A stretch of 62,971 nt of DNA, the filler included, from Octopus bimaculoides (Eukaryota): NCBI RefSeq assembly GCF_001194135.2. It is 8 parts of 8 records of this genome, joined end to end, with 100 filler letters (N's around TTAATTAATTAA, not from the genome) between each part and the next. Parts side by side here need not be neighbours in the genome. Positions count along the whole stretch, not along the records: positions 30,041 to 48,135 come from NC_068987.1; positions 48,236 to 52,316 come from NC_068996.1; 6 more parts are not named here. The stretch is one strand, 5' to 3'. The position numbers were made by a program, and so were the translations under genes. The first letter of the stretch is position 1, and each line of letters opens with the position of its first letter. Positions 36,622 to 48,381 of the stretch are shown here, in pieces. Below the pieces are notes generated by a model. The model was not told the origin of the DNA. It was given only the letters and a program-made list of their open reading frames with translations, and made no database searches.

Positions 36622-38339
36622 TTGAATGTCTGTATGTCAGTCTATAACCACCAATTTTCTATCCAGCAGTGATATCAAAATACCCCGACCCATCTCATTG
36701 CATACCATATGCTATTCATTTGCCACGTAGCCTGAACATAAAGTGACTTACTCATAGCCGAATCTCTTTGATGTTTTCAGAACCATGCCATTACATTTGT
36801 TTGTAGATTAATATCTCATTAGTAGTAGTAGTAGTAGTAATAGTAGTGGCGTTAGTACCAATGTTAGTAGTAGTGGTGGTCTTTGTAGTTGTAGTAGTAG
36901 TAACAGCAGCAGTTGTCGTAATAGTAGTGATGGTGGTGGTGGTGGTGGTGGTAATGGGCTTGTAATAAAGTAGAAGTGTTGCTGATGTATTTGATATTTG
37001 GAGTGCTTTTAGTGTCGATGGTAATATTTTTGTTCTTACTGTCGTTCTTATTGTTTATGCTAGTGTCGTTTGCGATTGTTTTGTTGTTTATCGTTGTTCT
37101 TGTTATTATTTAGCCCGAGCTCTCAGCCTAATCGAGGAGGTGAATCTATAACCAGCCCGTCTTTTTCTGTTATCCCTATCTAGATTAACTTAAAGTGTCT
37201 TTTCTTCTGTATTTGCTAAATGAAGGAATTTTCAAAAGGAGCTGAATTTGTTGAGAATAAGAGCGAAAACGTGCTAAAAGCGAGAAATTGAAGGTAATAA
37301 AATAGCTAAATATGAAACCGCATTTTCACATAAATTCCTCAAGTATATTCATTATATGTTTATATTTTCCAACTGGGAGGAAAACAGCAACTTTTGAATT
37401 ACAAATTTTAAAACGTGATAGTCTTTCGAAACTGGTACGTTAAAGTAACATTGATTTTGGTCGTGCTTCGCATTTTATAGTTGATTTTTTTTGAAGACCT
37501 CTATCTCGTGAATTATAAACAAAATTCGATAAAAATGTATACAATCAAAACATTTAATATTTTACAGAATTTACAAAAATTAAGGTCTACAATCTTTAAA
37601 TAGTCACAGCATTTATCACCAAAGAGGATTTTCAAGATATATATTGAAGAAGTCATAACAAATTTTCCGGATTACTCTGTAGCCTGCTTTGGCACCTGAC
37701 AGTTTATCCCCCATTCATGACAAAGCGTGGGGTATGCAAGGGGTTCAGATCGCAGAGGGCGTTCACTTTATATATNNNNNNNNNNNNNNNNNNNNNNNNN
37801 NNNNNNNNNNNNNNNNNNNNNNNNNNNNNNNNNNNNNNNNNNNNNNNNNNNNNNNNNNNNNNNNNNNNNNNNNNNNNNNNNNNNNNNNNNNNNNNNNNNN
37901 NNNNNNNNNNNNNNNNNNNNNNNNNNNNNNNNNNNNNNNNNNNNNNNNNNNNNNNNNNNNNNNNNNNNNNNNNNNNNNNNNNNNNNNNNNNNNNNNNNNN
38001 NNNNNNNNNNNNNNNNNNNNNNNNNNNNNNNNNNNNNNNNNNNNNNNNNNNNNNNNNNNNNNNNNNNNNNNNNNNNNNNNNNNNNNNNNNNNNNNNNNNN
38101 NNNNNNNNNNNNNNNNNNNNNNNNNNNNNNNNNNNNNNNNNNNNNNNNNNNNNNNNNNNNNNNNNNNNNNNNNNNNNNNNNNNNNNNNNNNNNNNNNNNN
38201 NNNNNNNNNNNNNNNNNNNNNNNNNNNNNNNATATATATATATATATATATATATATAAGTAACCACATAAATGCAAAGGAATGTCAAAACGGAATTCGA
38301 ATACCGAAGGCAGTGTAATATGCTTTTTAATGGAGTAAT

Positions 38340-38470
38340 AAAATCATCACAAAACTGTTACTCAAAGTTTCACGTTTCCGTTCGTTGGACGGTTGTGATG
38401 AGTACTCTTGATCACTAATGTCTGACGAGCGGAAATACGAAACTCTGAGTAACAGTTTTTGCGATGTTTT
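38340..38470. repeat. ~130-bp imperfect palindrome with a hammerhead motif in each arm
   Basis: Left arm aaaactgttactcaaagtttcacgtttccgttcgttggac versus reverse complement of right arm aaaactgttactcagagtttcgtatttccgctcgtcagac; centre GAGTACTC (38400-38407). Confidence 0.85.
38419..38454 (+). ncRNA. Type I hammerhead ribozyme motif, canonical core
   Basis: tgt-CTGACGA-gcg GAAA tac-GAA-ACTCTGAGT-A-aca; predicted cleavage after 38451; helix II has one mismatch. Confidence 0.55.
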
Positions 38471-38533
38471 TGCAGCTTTAGCAAAAATGTGCACACACAC
38501 ACAGACACATACACGCGCGCGCGCACACACACA

Positions 38534-39770
38534 CACACACGACAGAAGTAAATAGAGGACATAGAAAATATTGTTTTTTTTGTTTATTCTAATTTGTAAC
38601 GGTTTATATGTTTTATTAATTTACACTTTTATGTTTCAGGTTCCATATGTGACTTCAATTATGCCATGTACAAAAGAAGCCTTGGAAATGGCTGAATTTC
38701 AAAGAGATTGTATCGTGGGCCAGTCTGAAGATGGACATAGTCAGCATAAAATTCCAGAAGAGCTTGGGATCCCGTTTCCTATAGTTAATAGAGTGATTGC
38801 GCAATTCACCAGAGAGGGAAAGGAGTCCACATCACCTCGCCCAGATCAAGCAAAGCGCTCTGACAAGACCCTTCTCTATGCTAAGAAAAGTGTGGATGAA
38901 AATCCTTGTTGCACGGCCTCTGATATAGCAGAACAAGTTGATGTCAGTCCCAGAACAGCTGTGAGGTATCTCCACAATCTTGGTTACTAAGGCAGATCAG
39001 CAAGAAGGAAGCTACTTCTTCGTCCAGCCAGCATCAAGCGGAGAAAAGATTGGGCCAGTGACATGGTGAAAAGGCCATTAGCATTTTTGGGACACTGTCA
39101 TATTCTCTGATGAGTCCAGGTTTGCTGTATTTCCTGACAGTGCTCGAGTGTGGGTCAAGAATTTGATGTGAAAAGATTGCAGCAACGAAACACGGCAGCT
39201 ATTCTGTGATGGTTTGGGAAGCAATTTGGAGCAATGGTTGATCAGAGCTGGTGGAGTGGGAAGGACACATAAACTCAAATAAATGTGTGTCCATAGTGCA
39301 GAAAGGAGTCCTTCCAATCTTCTCCCGTGGTGAAATGATTAAAGAAGACTTTTCGTTTATGGAAGATGGGGCTTCTTGTCACACGGCTAAAATGACCCAA
39401 GATCTGTTGGATGAGAATGGCATTAAAAAGCTTCCATGACCAAGCCAGTTAGTCACTAGATATTAACCCTATTGAATATCTATGGGGCATAATGGACAGG
39501 ACACTTCATAGAAAGAACAAGAAAGCATCTCCAAAGCTAGATCTTTTGAGATTACTGCATGAAACTTGGCAAGAAATTCTGCAAGAGAATATTCGTCATC
39601 TGGTCAGTAACATGCCTAAAAAGGTCTTTGCATTGAAAAATGCAAAGGGCATGTCTACTAAATATTAAATATTCACATTATAACAATTAATAAATAATTT
39701 GAATGCATAATTTTAGATTTAAATAAATTTTAATGATTATAATGGAGTCTATTTAATTCTGTCATGTGTG
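38534..39770 (+). mobile_element. Tc1-family DNA transposon, ~1.24 kb, defective
   Basis: TIRs cacacacgacagaagtaaataga (38534-38556) and tctatttaattctgtcatgtgtg (39748-39770), 2 mismatches; contain a transposase relic. Confidence 0.85.
38661..39668 (+). pseudogene. Tc1 DD34E transposase pseudogene
   Basis: HTH region (FQRDCIVG...[13 protein letters not shown]), SARRKLLL, FSDESRF, FMEDGASCHTAK, DINPIEYLWG, LVSNMPKKV; internal stops (e.g. 38988) and frameshifts. Confidence 0.9.
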
Positions 39771-40542
39771 TGTTTGTGTAAGTATGCATGTTTTTGCTGT
39801 AATATTTGCTGTAACGAGGGTATATTACATTTAAGAAAGAGCTGAGCGGTTTGGATGCAGTAAATGGCGGCCAAAACCCACGCCATGGCACTGCTCCCCA
39901 CATCAAATAAAGAAAACTACACTAATATTGCATAATGAAAATATAGGTCTTGTCCTTTAATTGCATTACAGGTGTGTTTCTCATAGACGGCCATATGAGG
40001 ATTGAAAACGGTCTGCACGAAAAAGCAGAAAAAACGCTTTCAAATCACTTCGGCGAACAAAGAATTAGAAAGATGAAAATGCTATTCTGCTACCTCATTA
40101 ATAAAGGGACGGTGTTGGGTAAAAATATTCATTCATATAATTTTGGGGTAGGGATGAGATCTGATATCGATATAGGAATCATTGTATTAAAAACAAGTAT
40201 TCTCACGCGTTAGGTATAATTTGAGAAAATGCAACTATAAATTACAAAAAAGTGAAATTGTTATGGTAAAAATAATACAGCAAGAGTGATGAATGAACAG
40301 TCAGGCGCCAACCGAGCCTTATTCAGGAAGTGTACATGCTGGAAACTTGTTACGAACACGCTCACGTGCATTTGTATTGTTTTGCATGAATAGGAAAAAT
40401 TGTCAAAAAGATCCAGATTATTGAAATTGGAGCTAAATTAGACGTGATCTGCTAGATTATAAGAAATTAGAGCTCTCTCTCTTTCTCTCTCCCTCCCACT
40501 CCTCACTCTCCCCTCATTTCTCTCTCTGTCTGTCTCCCTCTC

Positions 40543-40582
<40 letters not shown>

Positions 40583-40678
40583 TATTAGTTGATTAAAAAA
40601 TGGAGAAAAAATCAACAACCCTAGGACACAGTACATGCAAAGTATTAATGAGACATGCAGGGAAGGAAAGTCTGGTTG

Positions 40679-40711
40679 TTCTACGTTTCGGGCATAGCTC
40701 TTCTTCGGAAA
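40679..40711 (-). ncRNA. Minimal hammerhead motif with a CCGAAGA core, inside repeat 40590-40790
   Basis: Minus strand ttt-CCGAAGA-a gagc tat gccc-GAAAC-GTA-gaa; weak stems. Confidence 0.45.
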
Positions 40712-41094
40712 TAGGGGACATAGGAGAGTCGAAAAGGGAAGGAAGAAGGAGGAGAAAATGTCCAACAGCTCACGTGTATTTACATTTTTGAAAATGACTT
40801 TCCTATGACATTNNNNNNNNNNNNNNNNNNNNNNNNNNNNNNNNNNNNNNNNNNNNNNNNNNNNNNNNNNNNNNNNNNNNNNNNNNNNNNNNNNNNNNNN
40901 NNNNNNNNNNNNNNNNNNNNNNNNNNNNNNNNNNNNNNNNNNNNNNNNNNNNNNNNNNNNNNNNNNNNNNNNNNNNNNNNNNNNNNNNNNNNNNNNNNNN
41001 NNNNNNNNNNNNNNNNNNNNNNNNNNNNNNNNNNCTTCAGCTCAAAGCTGTTGCCATGCTGGGGCACCGCCGTTTTGCTACACTACTATTATTG

Positions 41095-42775
41095 AGAACA
41101 TCCCCTAATAGATGCAATTTAGTGAATAAGGGAGTTTCATGTCGCTAACCTCATCTGCATCTCCTGCCATAATGTAGGTTCATCTGAGACTTTCGATAGG
41201 AAGAGATCCAATTTTGATTTGAAAACACCTACATCCACTTTATGTAGGCTCCTCAGGCTCTTTGGGAGAATATTAAAAAGCTGTGGGCCCCTGAAAGCCA
41301 GGCTGTTGCAGTAACTGGTCCTGATGCTCGATGGCATTTGTGCAGCTTTCAATATCAAAATTTGGCATAATCTCTTCCAGGATCTTCCAAATATATATTA
41401 CTTCATATCTCTCCCACCTTCACTCCAGGGAGTACAGTCTTAGCGCTTTCCACCTATCCCAATAGCTGAGCTGTTGCAATGAGACGATCTTCTTTGTGTA
41501 GCTTCGCTGGATTGCTTCAAGGGCCACTGTTAATTTTATAATGTGGAGTGACCATAGCTGGGAGCAATAATCCAGGCGGCTGAGGACGAATGTCCTCCAG
41601 AGGACCATCATGGATTTCTTCTCTCTGGTTCTGAACGTTCTCAGGACCCATCCAGCAAGTTGCCTGCACTTTGTCGCCATCCTGGTAATGTGCACTTGGA
41701 AAGAGGTATCATTACTCATGTCAATACTCAGGTCCTGCACTGATTTAGGGTCTGGGATTGTAGTCCCCTCTGGGCCAGTGTAACCTGTAAGAACAATATT
41801 CAGTTTTAGATGTTGGTAGCGCAAGGCTTGGAATTTTTCAGCATTAAACTGCATATTATTGTCCTCAGTCCATCTGTAAATTGAGTCCAACTCCCGCTAT
41901 AGATGTGCAACATCGCTCGGGTTCTGTATTTTCTGCGAGACTTTCGTATCGTCTGCGTAGCTAGCAAGGGTGGCTATTCGGGCAGCTGAGACCATATCTG
42001 AGAAGTTCGTTATGAAAAGCAGTGGTCCTAAGACAATGCACTGTGGCACACCGATTACTATTTGTGTTTTCTTTGAGGTGGCTCCACTGGCTACTACTGC
42101 CTGACTTGTATATTTTAGAAAGTCATGTAACCAGTTATGACGAGAACAATCAGTTTGTGGCATATCATACCATGATCCACTTTATTAAAGTCGTTTGCAA
42201 AATCAAGGTATATTACGTCCACATTTGAGTTGTCGAGTAACTACCTCAACACTCTGATATAGTGCTGTAAGAGCTGGGACAGGCAGCCCCTGCCTGGTCG
42301 AAAGCCATGCTCGGTATCACGCAGCAAGTCGCTTTCTTCAAGGAATGCGATTAGTTTAACTCTAACTATCCGTTCCATGACTTTACTGATGTGTGAAGTC
42401 AGAGAGACAGGCCTATAATTTTTTGCATCTGCTCTGCTTTCTCCTTTATGGATTGGGCATATTTTATTCCCTCCTTCAGTTTGCTTGACAGCCTGCCATT
42501 TTCAAGAAAGCTCCGGAAGATAATCTGCAGGGCACGATTACACGATTTGAGGAGGATTACTGGGAAACCATCAGGACCAGCAGTTGAGTTTGCGTCCATC
42601 TCATCCATGGCAAGTGGTATGTCTTCGCTAATGTCAATGTAATCTATCATAAAAACCTGGCTGGTTATAGGTGAGGCGGTAAAGAAATCCCCTGGTTCGT
42701 TCACTTGTTTGTGTTCCAACGGGGTGGTAAAGATACTTTTCAATTGGTCATTCAGTACCTCACCTAACATCAAAT
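41095..42775 (-). mobile_element. 5'-truncated CR1/L2-type LINE (decayed RT)
   Basis: AGPDGFPVILLK, NYRPVSLTSHISKVMERIV, HGFRPG, VDVIYLDFA, GVPQCIVLGPLLF, YADDTK, LSRLDYCSQLW, LEAIQRSYTK, LKALRLYSLE-type C-terminus; multiple frameshifts and stops. Confidence 0.92.
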
Positions 42776-44039
42776 CTGTCCATGTGTATTCTATTCTTAG
42801 AGCGATAATGAATGTATTACGGTCAGATATCTACTACGGTTGTATTGACTGGGGCCTGGCTGGGTTCAAAGTTTAGGAAGATCAGGATACATACAAAATA
42901 GTTTAAATTTATTCTACAATTTTTAGTTTGCATTTGAAATCAAAGAACAAAAAGGTAGTTTTAAAGGAAGTACATTATTTATATCTTGTGTTTGAAAAAT
43001 CGAAACAATAAAAGCGAATTTTTATAGGAAACATAAATCTATTTGTATTCAAAATCAAAACACAATTAAAAATAAATTTACAGCTAGCTCGTAAATCTAT
43101 GAGTTAAAAATCGAAATGTAATAAAAACAAACCCATGTTATTTAATTATTTTATGTTTTAAACTTAAGGAACTCTTTGGTTACGGATCTATTCTGTTACA
43201 ATCATCTGTTACTTAATTAGTTGCAGACTCAGATTCATATCATCTGGCTCAACTAATTATGTACTGTTGTGCAAGAATTTTCACACCTGCATCACTGGGT
43301 GGCCTCGGATAACTCTAGTGTCAGAATGGAAGGGGCAGGAATACTTATGGATCAATTTTATTGCTTGATGAGATATCGGTTTCTGCACGAAGAGGTGTAG
43401 CTACATCTTCAACATATACTCTGTGTCTCAAATATATAGCATTCGGTTTTGTAGTGACAAAATATAAGCATCAGTGAAAATGGTTGTAGTGGTGTTGGTG
43501 TTAATGATTTTAAAGTAGAGTTAGAGTATAAGTGGTGGTAGATGCGCTTGTGATAGTAGTGGGGGGGGGGCGGTTCCGGTGGTGGTTATATCGATGGTAT
43601 TGTCAAGGTGTGGAAACAACAGTGGAGTTAGTAGAGGCGACAAAAAACTATGCGGAATTTCGTCCGACTCTTTAATTTCAGAGTTGAAATCCCGCTGAGG
43701 CCAATTTTGCTTTACATCCTTTCGGTGTCGATATCTGGGTTGCTCCCTGTACCACCTCAGAAGTGCAGGCCTTGCGAAAAAATTAGAAAGAATTTTAAGG
43801 ATTTATTGATAATGTCAATGAGGGTAGTGTTGGCAGCGGTGTTTCAGTGGGTTGCTCCAATCCACTCAGCTGGTCACCTTCTATGTCAGGTGGAATCTCC
43901 CATGAGAAATAGGTTAAGAGTACGCATTTCTATGGTGTGCTCAACCACTTGCACATTAATTTCACTAGCATGCTGATCGGTCGATCGTAGGAACTGGAAA
44001 ACTCATCGTTGTAACCGATGGAGAGACAGGACAGTAATA

Positions 44040-44820
44040 TTCCTTTCTATTCTAGGCACACGGCCCGAAATGTTAGAGGAGTGGGGCCAGTCGATTAGAT
44101 CGACACCAGCACGCAACTGGCACTTAATTTTTCAACCCCGAAAGGATGAAAGGCAAAGTCGACCTCAGCGGAATTTGAACTCAGAACGTAAAGACACACG
44201 AAATACCGCTAAGCATTTAGCGAAATACTGCTCGCCTCCTTAAATCCTTTCTACTAGAGACACAAGGTCTGAAATTGTTTGGAAGGGAACAAGTCGATTA
44301 CATTGACCTTAGTGTTTTACTGGCACTTAATTTCTCGACCTCCTAAAGACGAAATGCAACGTCGACCTCGGCGGAATTTGAACTCAGAACGTAGCGACGG
44401 GCCTAAGCATTTCATCCAGTGCGCTAACGATTCTGCCAGCTCGCTGCCTTGACAACACAGTAATATTGGTTATGGTGATGATGTGGCACTAATGATGTTC
44501 CTGGTAGTCGTGGTTATAGGGTTAGTGTTGTAGTAGTACAGAAATAAGAGTGGAGGAGTTAGTAGCGGCAAGAATTCTAGTCGTAGAACAATTGTATTTG
44601 TGTGATGGTAGTTATAGATGAATTCGTTTTACGATAGGCATATGGTCTGAAAGTTTTTAGTGGGTGAGTGCTAGTCGTTTACATCGACCCCCATTGTTTA
44701 GCTGGTATTTATATTACCGATCTCGAAAAGATGAAAGGCAAAGCAGACCTCGGCAGAATTGAACTCAGAACGTAAAGGTAGCCGAAATACAGGTAAGCAT
44801 CTGGCTCACTTCTGCTCGCG
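44040..44820 (-). mobile_element. Cluster of at least three family A SINE copies
   Basis: gtcgacctc(a/g)gcggaatttgaactcagaacgta repeated at about 44160, 44365 and 44745. Confidence 0.85.
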
Positions 44821-44849
44821 CGTCGCCCTGTGGTGGCTGTAGATTAATC

Positions 44850-46045
44850 GCTATGGAAGTTGTACTGGTGGTAGTAATGCAGTGTTAAAGAAATAACAGT
44901 AATGGTGATAGCAATAGCAACATGTCGTTGACATAGTAGTAGTAGTAGTAGTATTAGTAATGGTGGCGGTGGTTGTGGTATTAGTGGTGGTGGTGGTGGT
45001 GGAGGTGGTGGAGGTGGTGGTATGGTGGTGGTGGAGGTGGTGGTATGGTGGTGGAGGTGGTGATACGATTGGTGATGGCAATGGAAATAATAGTGTTGGG
45101 GACGGTGGTTGAAGTATAGGCAGTGGCAGCAAAGGTGGTAGTTTTCGTGGGAGAAATAGTAGCGTGGATGATGACGGCGGTTGTTACTGACACACACGTA
45201 GATGTTGGCGTCATTGCGGTGGAAATGGCATAGTACTGCTGGTGTTATTGGATTTGATAGTGATAGCAGTGGTGGTGGTGGTGGTGGTAGTAATTGTGAT
45301 GGTGGTGGTAGCGGTGGTAGCGGTGGTTGGGGAGTTAGTGTGAATGTTAATAGTAGTAGAGGCAATGGTGTTAGATAAGGGGGTTACTGGTGAGGTGGTA
45401 GTGCAAGAAGGTGGATACTGGGTGCGATAGTTTTGGTTTCGATGGTGGTGATGGAAATGATGGTGATAATGGTGTTGGTGGCGGTAGGGGTGCTGGTAGT
45501 GGCGGGGGTAGTAGTGGTGGTATTAGAGATCGTAATGGTGGTGGTGGTGGGTCGTTGGTTGTAGCGGGGATGGTAGTGGTTCTGTTGGAGATCGTGGTGA
45601 TGGTGGTGGTGTTGATGGTGATGATGGTGATAGTGTTGTTGTGGTGGTGTTGGTTGTGGCGGTGATGACGGTGATGCTGGTGGTACTGGTAATTGTGGTA
45701 GTAGTGGTGGTGGTAATGAAGGCGATGGTAGTGGTGAGGTAGTGATGGTGGTGATGGTCGTGGCGGTGGTGGTAATGGAGGTGGGTAGTGATGGTGGTGG
45801 TGGTGATGGTGTCGAAGGTGGTAGTGGTGGTTATAGTGGTGGTATTGGTTGTGGCAGTAGTATAGTGGTGGTGTTGATATTGGTAGGAGACGTGGTAGTG
45901 GTAGTGGTGCTACTAGTTAAGAAGGTCGTGGTCCTCGTGTTGTTGATGTTGTTGTTGCTGGTGGTGGTGGTGCTGGTGTTGGCAGTAGCAGTGTTAGTGG
46001 GGGAAGTTGGTGTTGGTGGTGGTGGTGGTGGTGGTAGTAGGGATA
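44850..46045. repeat. Degenerate (GGT/GGC/AGT/GAT)n low-complexity tract
   Basis: Direct reading; explains the poly-P/V/G ORFs. Confidence 0.85.
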
Positions 46046-46376
46046 CCATGGCGCTATCTAAATTATATTGGAGGTGTCGGTATTGAAGATAGTCGCGAAT
46101 ATATATTTGAAAAAAATATAAAAGCAAAAACGAAAGCGAAAGAAGGTATTGGAGTTGAAAAGAAAAGTGTTAGGTTATGGATTAAGGGCTCGGGGTTAGA
46201 GTTAGGGGTTAGAGATTATTATTAGACTTAGGGCTTCGACTGTTGGAGTGTGTGTTTATTGTGGAAATGAACAAATGCAATTAGGTCATGCGACTTGAGG
46301 CATTTTCGTAAACATTCAGTGAAATCGAATTATAAGTAAAATGATGGAAATGTATGCATGATTGTGTGTTTGTGTG

Positions 46377-46466
<90 letters not shown>

Positions 46467-46877
46467 TATGTATATATGTATATATATGTCTATATATATA
46501 TTGATATGTATATGTATATATATATAATGTATGTGAGAAGTATGCGTGTATATTCATATTCATATGTATGTATGTGTATATCAGTTTATTATATGGGTGT
46601 GTGTGAATGTGAGGCATTTATTTTCTGTATAAGAATGTGTGAGAAATCGCGGAATACAGAGACACACAAAGTTCAAATCGAATATTGGAACCATGGAATG
46701 AATGAATCACTAATTTCGAACAGGTGTAATCAAGCAGAAAACAGAACAGCTATTTTCATTCCCAATTTTAATTGATTATGCGTCTGTGGATATGCGTTAT
46801 GTACGCATATGTGGTTTTGTTTTTGAGTATGCGTGTATGTGAGTGTGCATGCATATGGCGCATGTGTGTGTGTGTGT

Positions 46878-46913
<36 letters not shown>

Positions 46914-47054
46914 ATGAAATGTTGGTTTAATGTCAATGTACGCTTATATGTATATATGGGCATTCATTTGTATGTGCGTGTACATGAATAAACATATATT
47001 TAAATGTATATGTATACATAGTTACACATAAATATATGTATAGATGTCTGAAGG

Positions 47055-47103
<49 letters not shown>

Positions 47104-47316
47104 NNNNNNNNNNCATATATATATATATATATATTTATATATCTATATATATAAAATATATGTAGATATGAATGTATGTATGTACATATATATATGTATA
47201 TATATGTATGTGTATTTATATATATATATATATGCATATATATATATATACATACCTATGTATATGAGTGTGTGCGTATATGTATGTGTTACGTATGCAT
47301 GCATGTATATATATAT

Positions 47317-47353
<37 letters not shown>

Positions 47354-47689
47354 TGTGTTTCCAATTATTATTCAATATCTATGTGATGCTTAGATATTCG
47401 ACGAAATGTGTTTACATGTACATTATATTTATAAATATATATATTTATAACACATTACAGCCGCCGGCTGAGTACACCATCCCGAACACACACACACACA
47501 CACACAAAATCTTGAGTGCAGTTAGTTTAGGAAGGTGTGAAGGCTTTCTTTTTTTTTTCAAAATGACTCAATATATATTAATCGGGAATGTACGAAAATA
47601 GACATGGAATGAATTACGTTATTAAGAACCAATAACATTCTTGGTAGAATGTGAACTTTAAACATCTCAAAGGAAGGTTTTATCATCAT

Positions 47690-48080
47690 ATGGCGGAGTA
47701 GTTAGAGTTTCAGGTAAACATGTTTTGCATTATTTCTTCCAGCGCTCTATCTTCTAAGTTCAAATACCACCCGAGTTAACTCGTTCATTTCTCTAGACTC
47801 AATAAATTATAGTAACAGCCATGAACTGGGGGTGATATAACCGACTAATATTCTTCATTCACGTTTCAATTCTTGAACTGATCAGAGTTTTTAACGCATC
47901 CAATAAAATGACTTTGCGACATTCGGCTCATTGCATTCTGAGCTCAAATGCCGTTGAGGTCAACGTTGCGTTTCCTTTTGGGGTTAATAAATACAATAAC
48001 AATCAGAAGTCAACGATATCGATTAAATCCTCTCATGTCGAAAACTGCTGGCGCTGTGCCTAAATTAGAAACGTGCCAAG
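47690..48080 (+). mobile_element. Two decayed family A SINE fragments
   Basis: gagttcaaat-like B boxes and ggccttgtgcc-like tails. Confidence 0.5.
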
Positions 48081-48235
48081 CAACGAGCTTGAAAGAAAAT
48101 TAAAGTGTTAGAACGCACAGCAAAAAAAAAAAAAANNNNNNNNNNNNNNNNNNNNNNNNNNNNNNNNNNNNNNNNNNNNTTAATTAATTAANNNNNNNNN
48201 NNNNNNNNNNNNNNNNNNNNNNNNNNNNNNNNNNN

Positions 48236-48277
<42 letters not shown>

Positions 48278-48290
48278 AGTATATGTATAT

Positions 48291-48381
<91 letters not shown>

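Noticed and set aside
44850-46045. Gly/Pro-rich structural protein or G-quadruplex array
   Set aside because: Degenerate (GGT)n with stops in all frames over the tract; mostly G2 runs, common in this genome.
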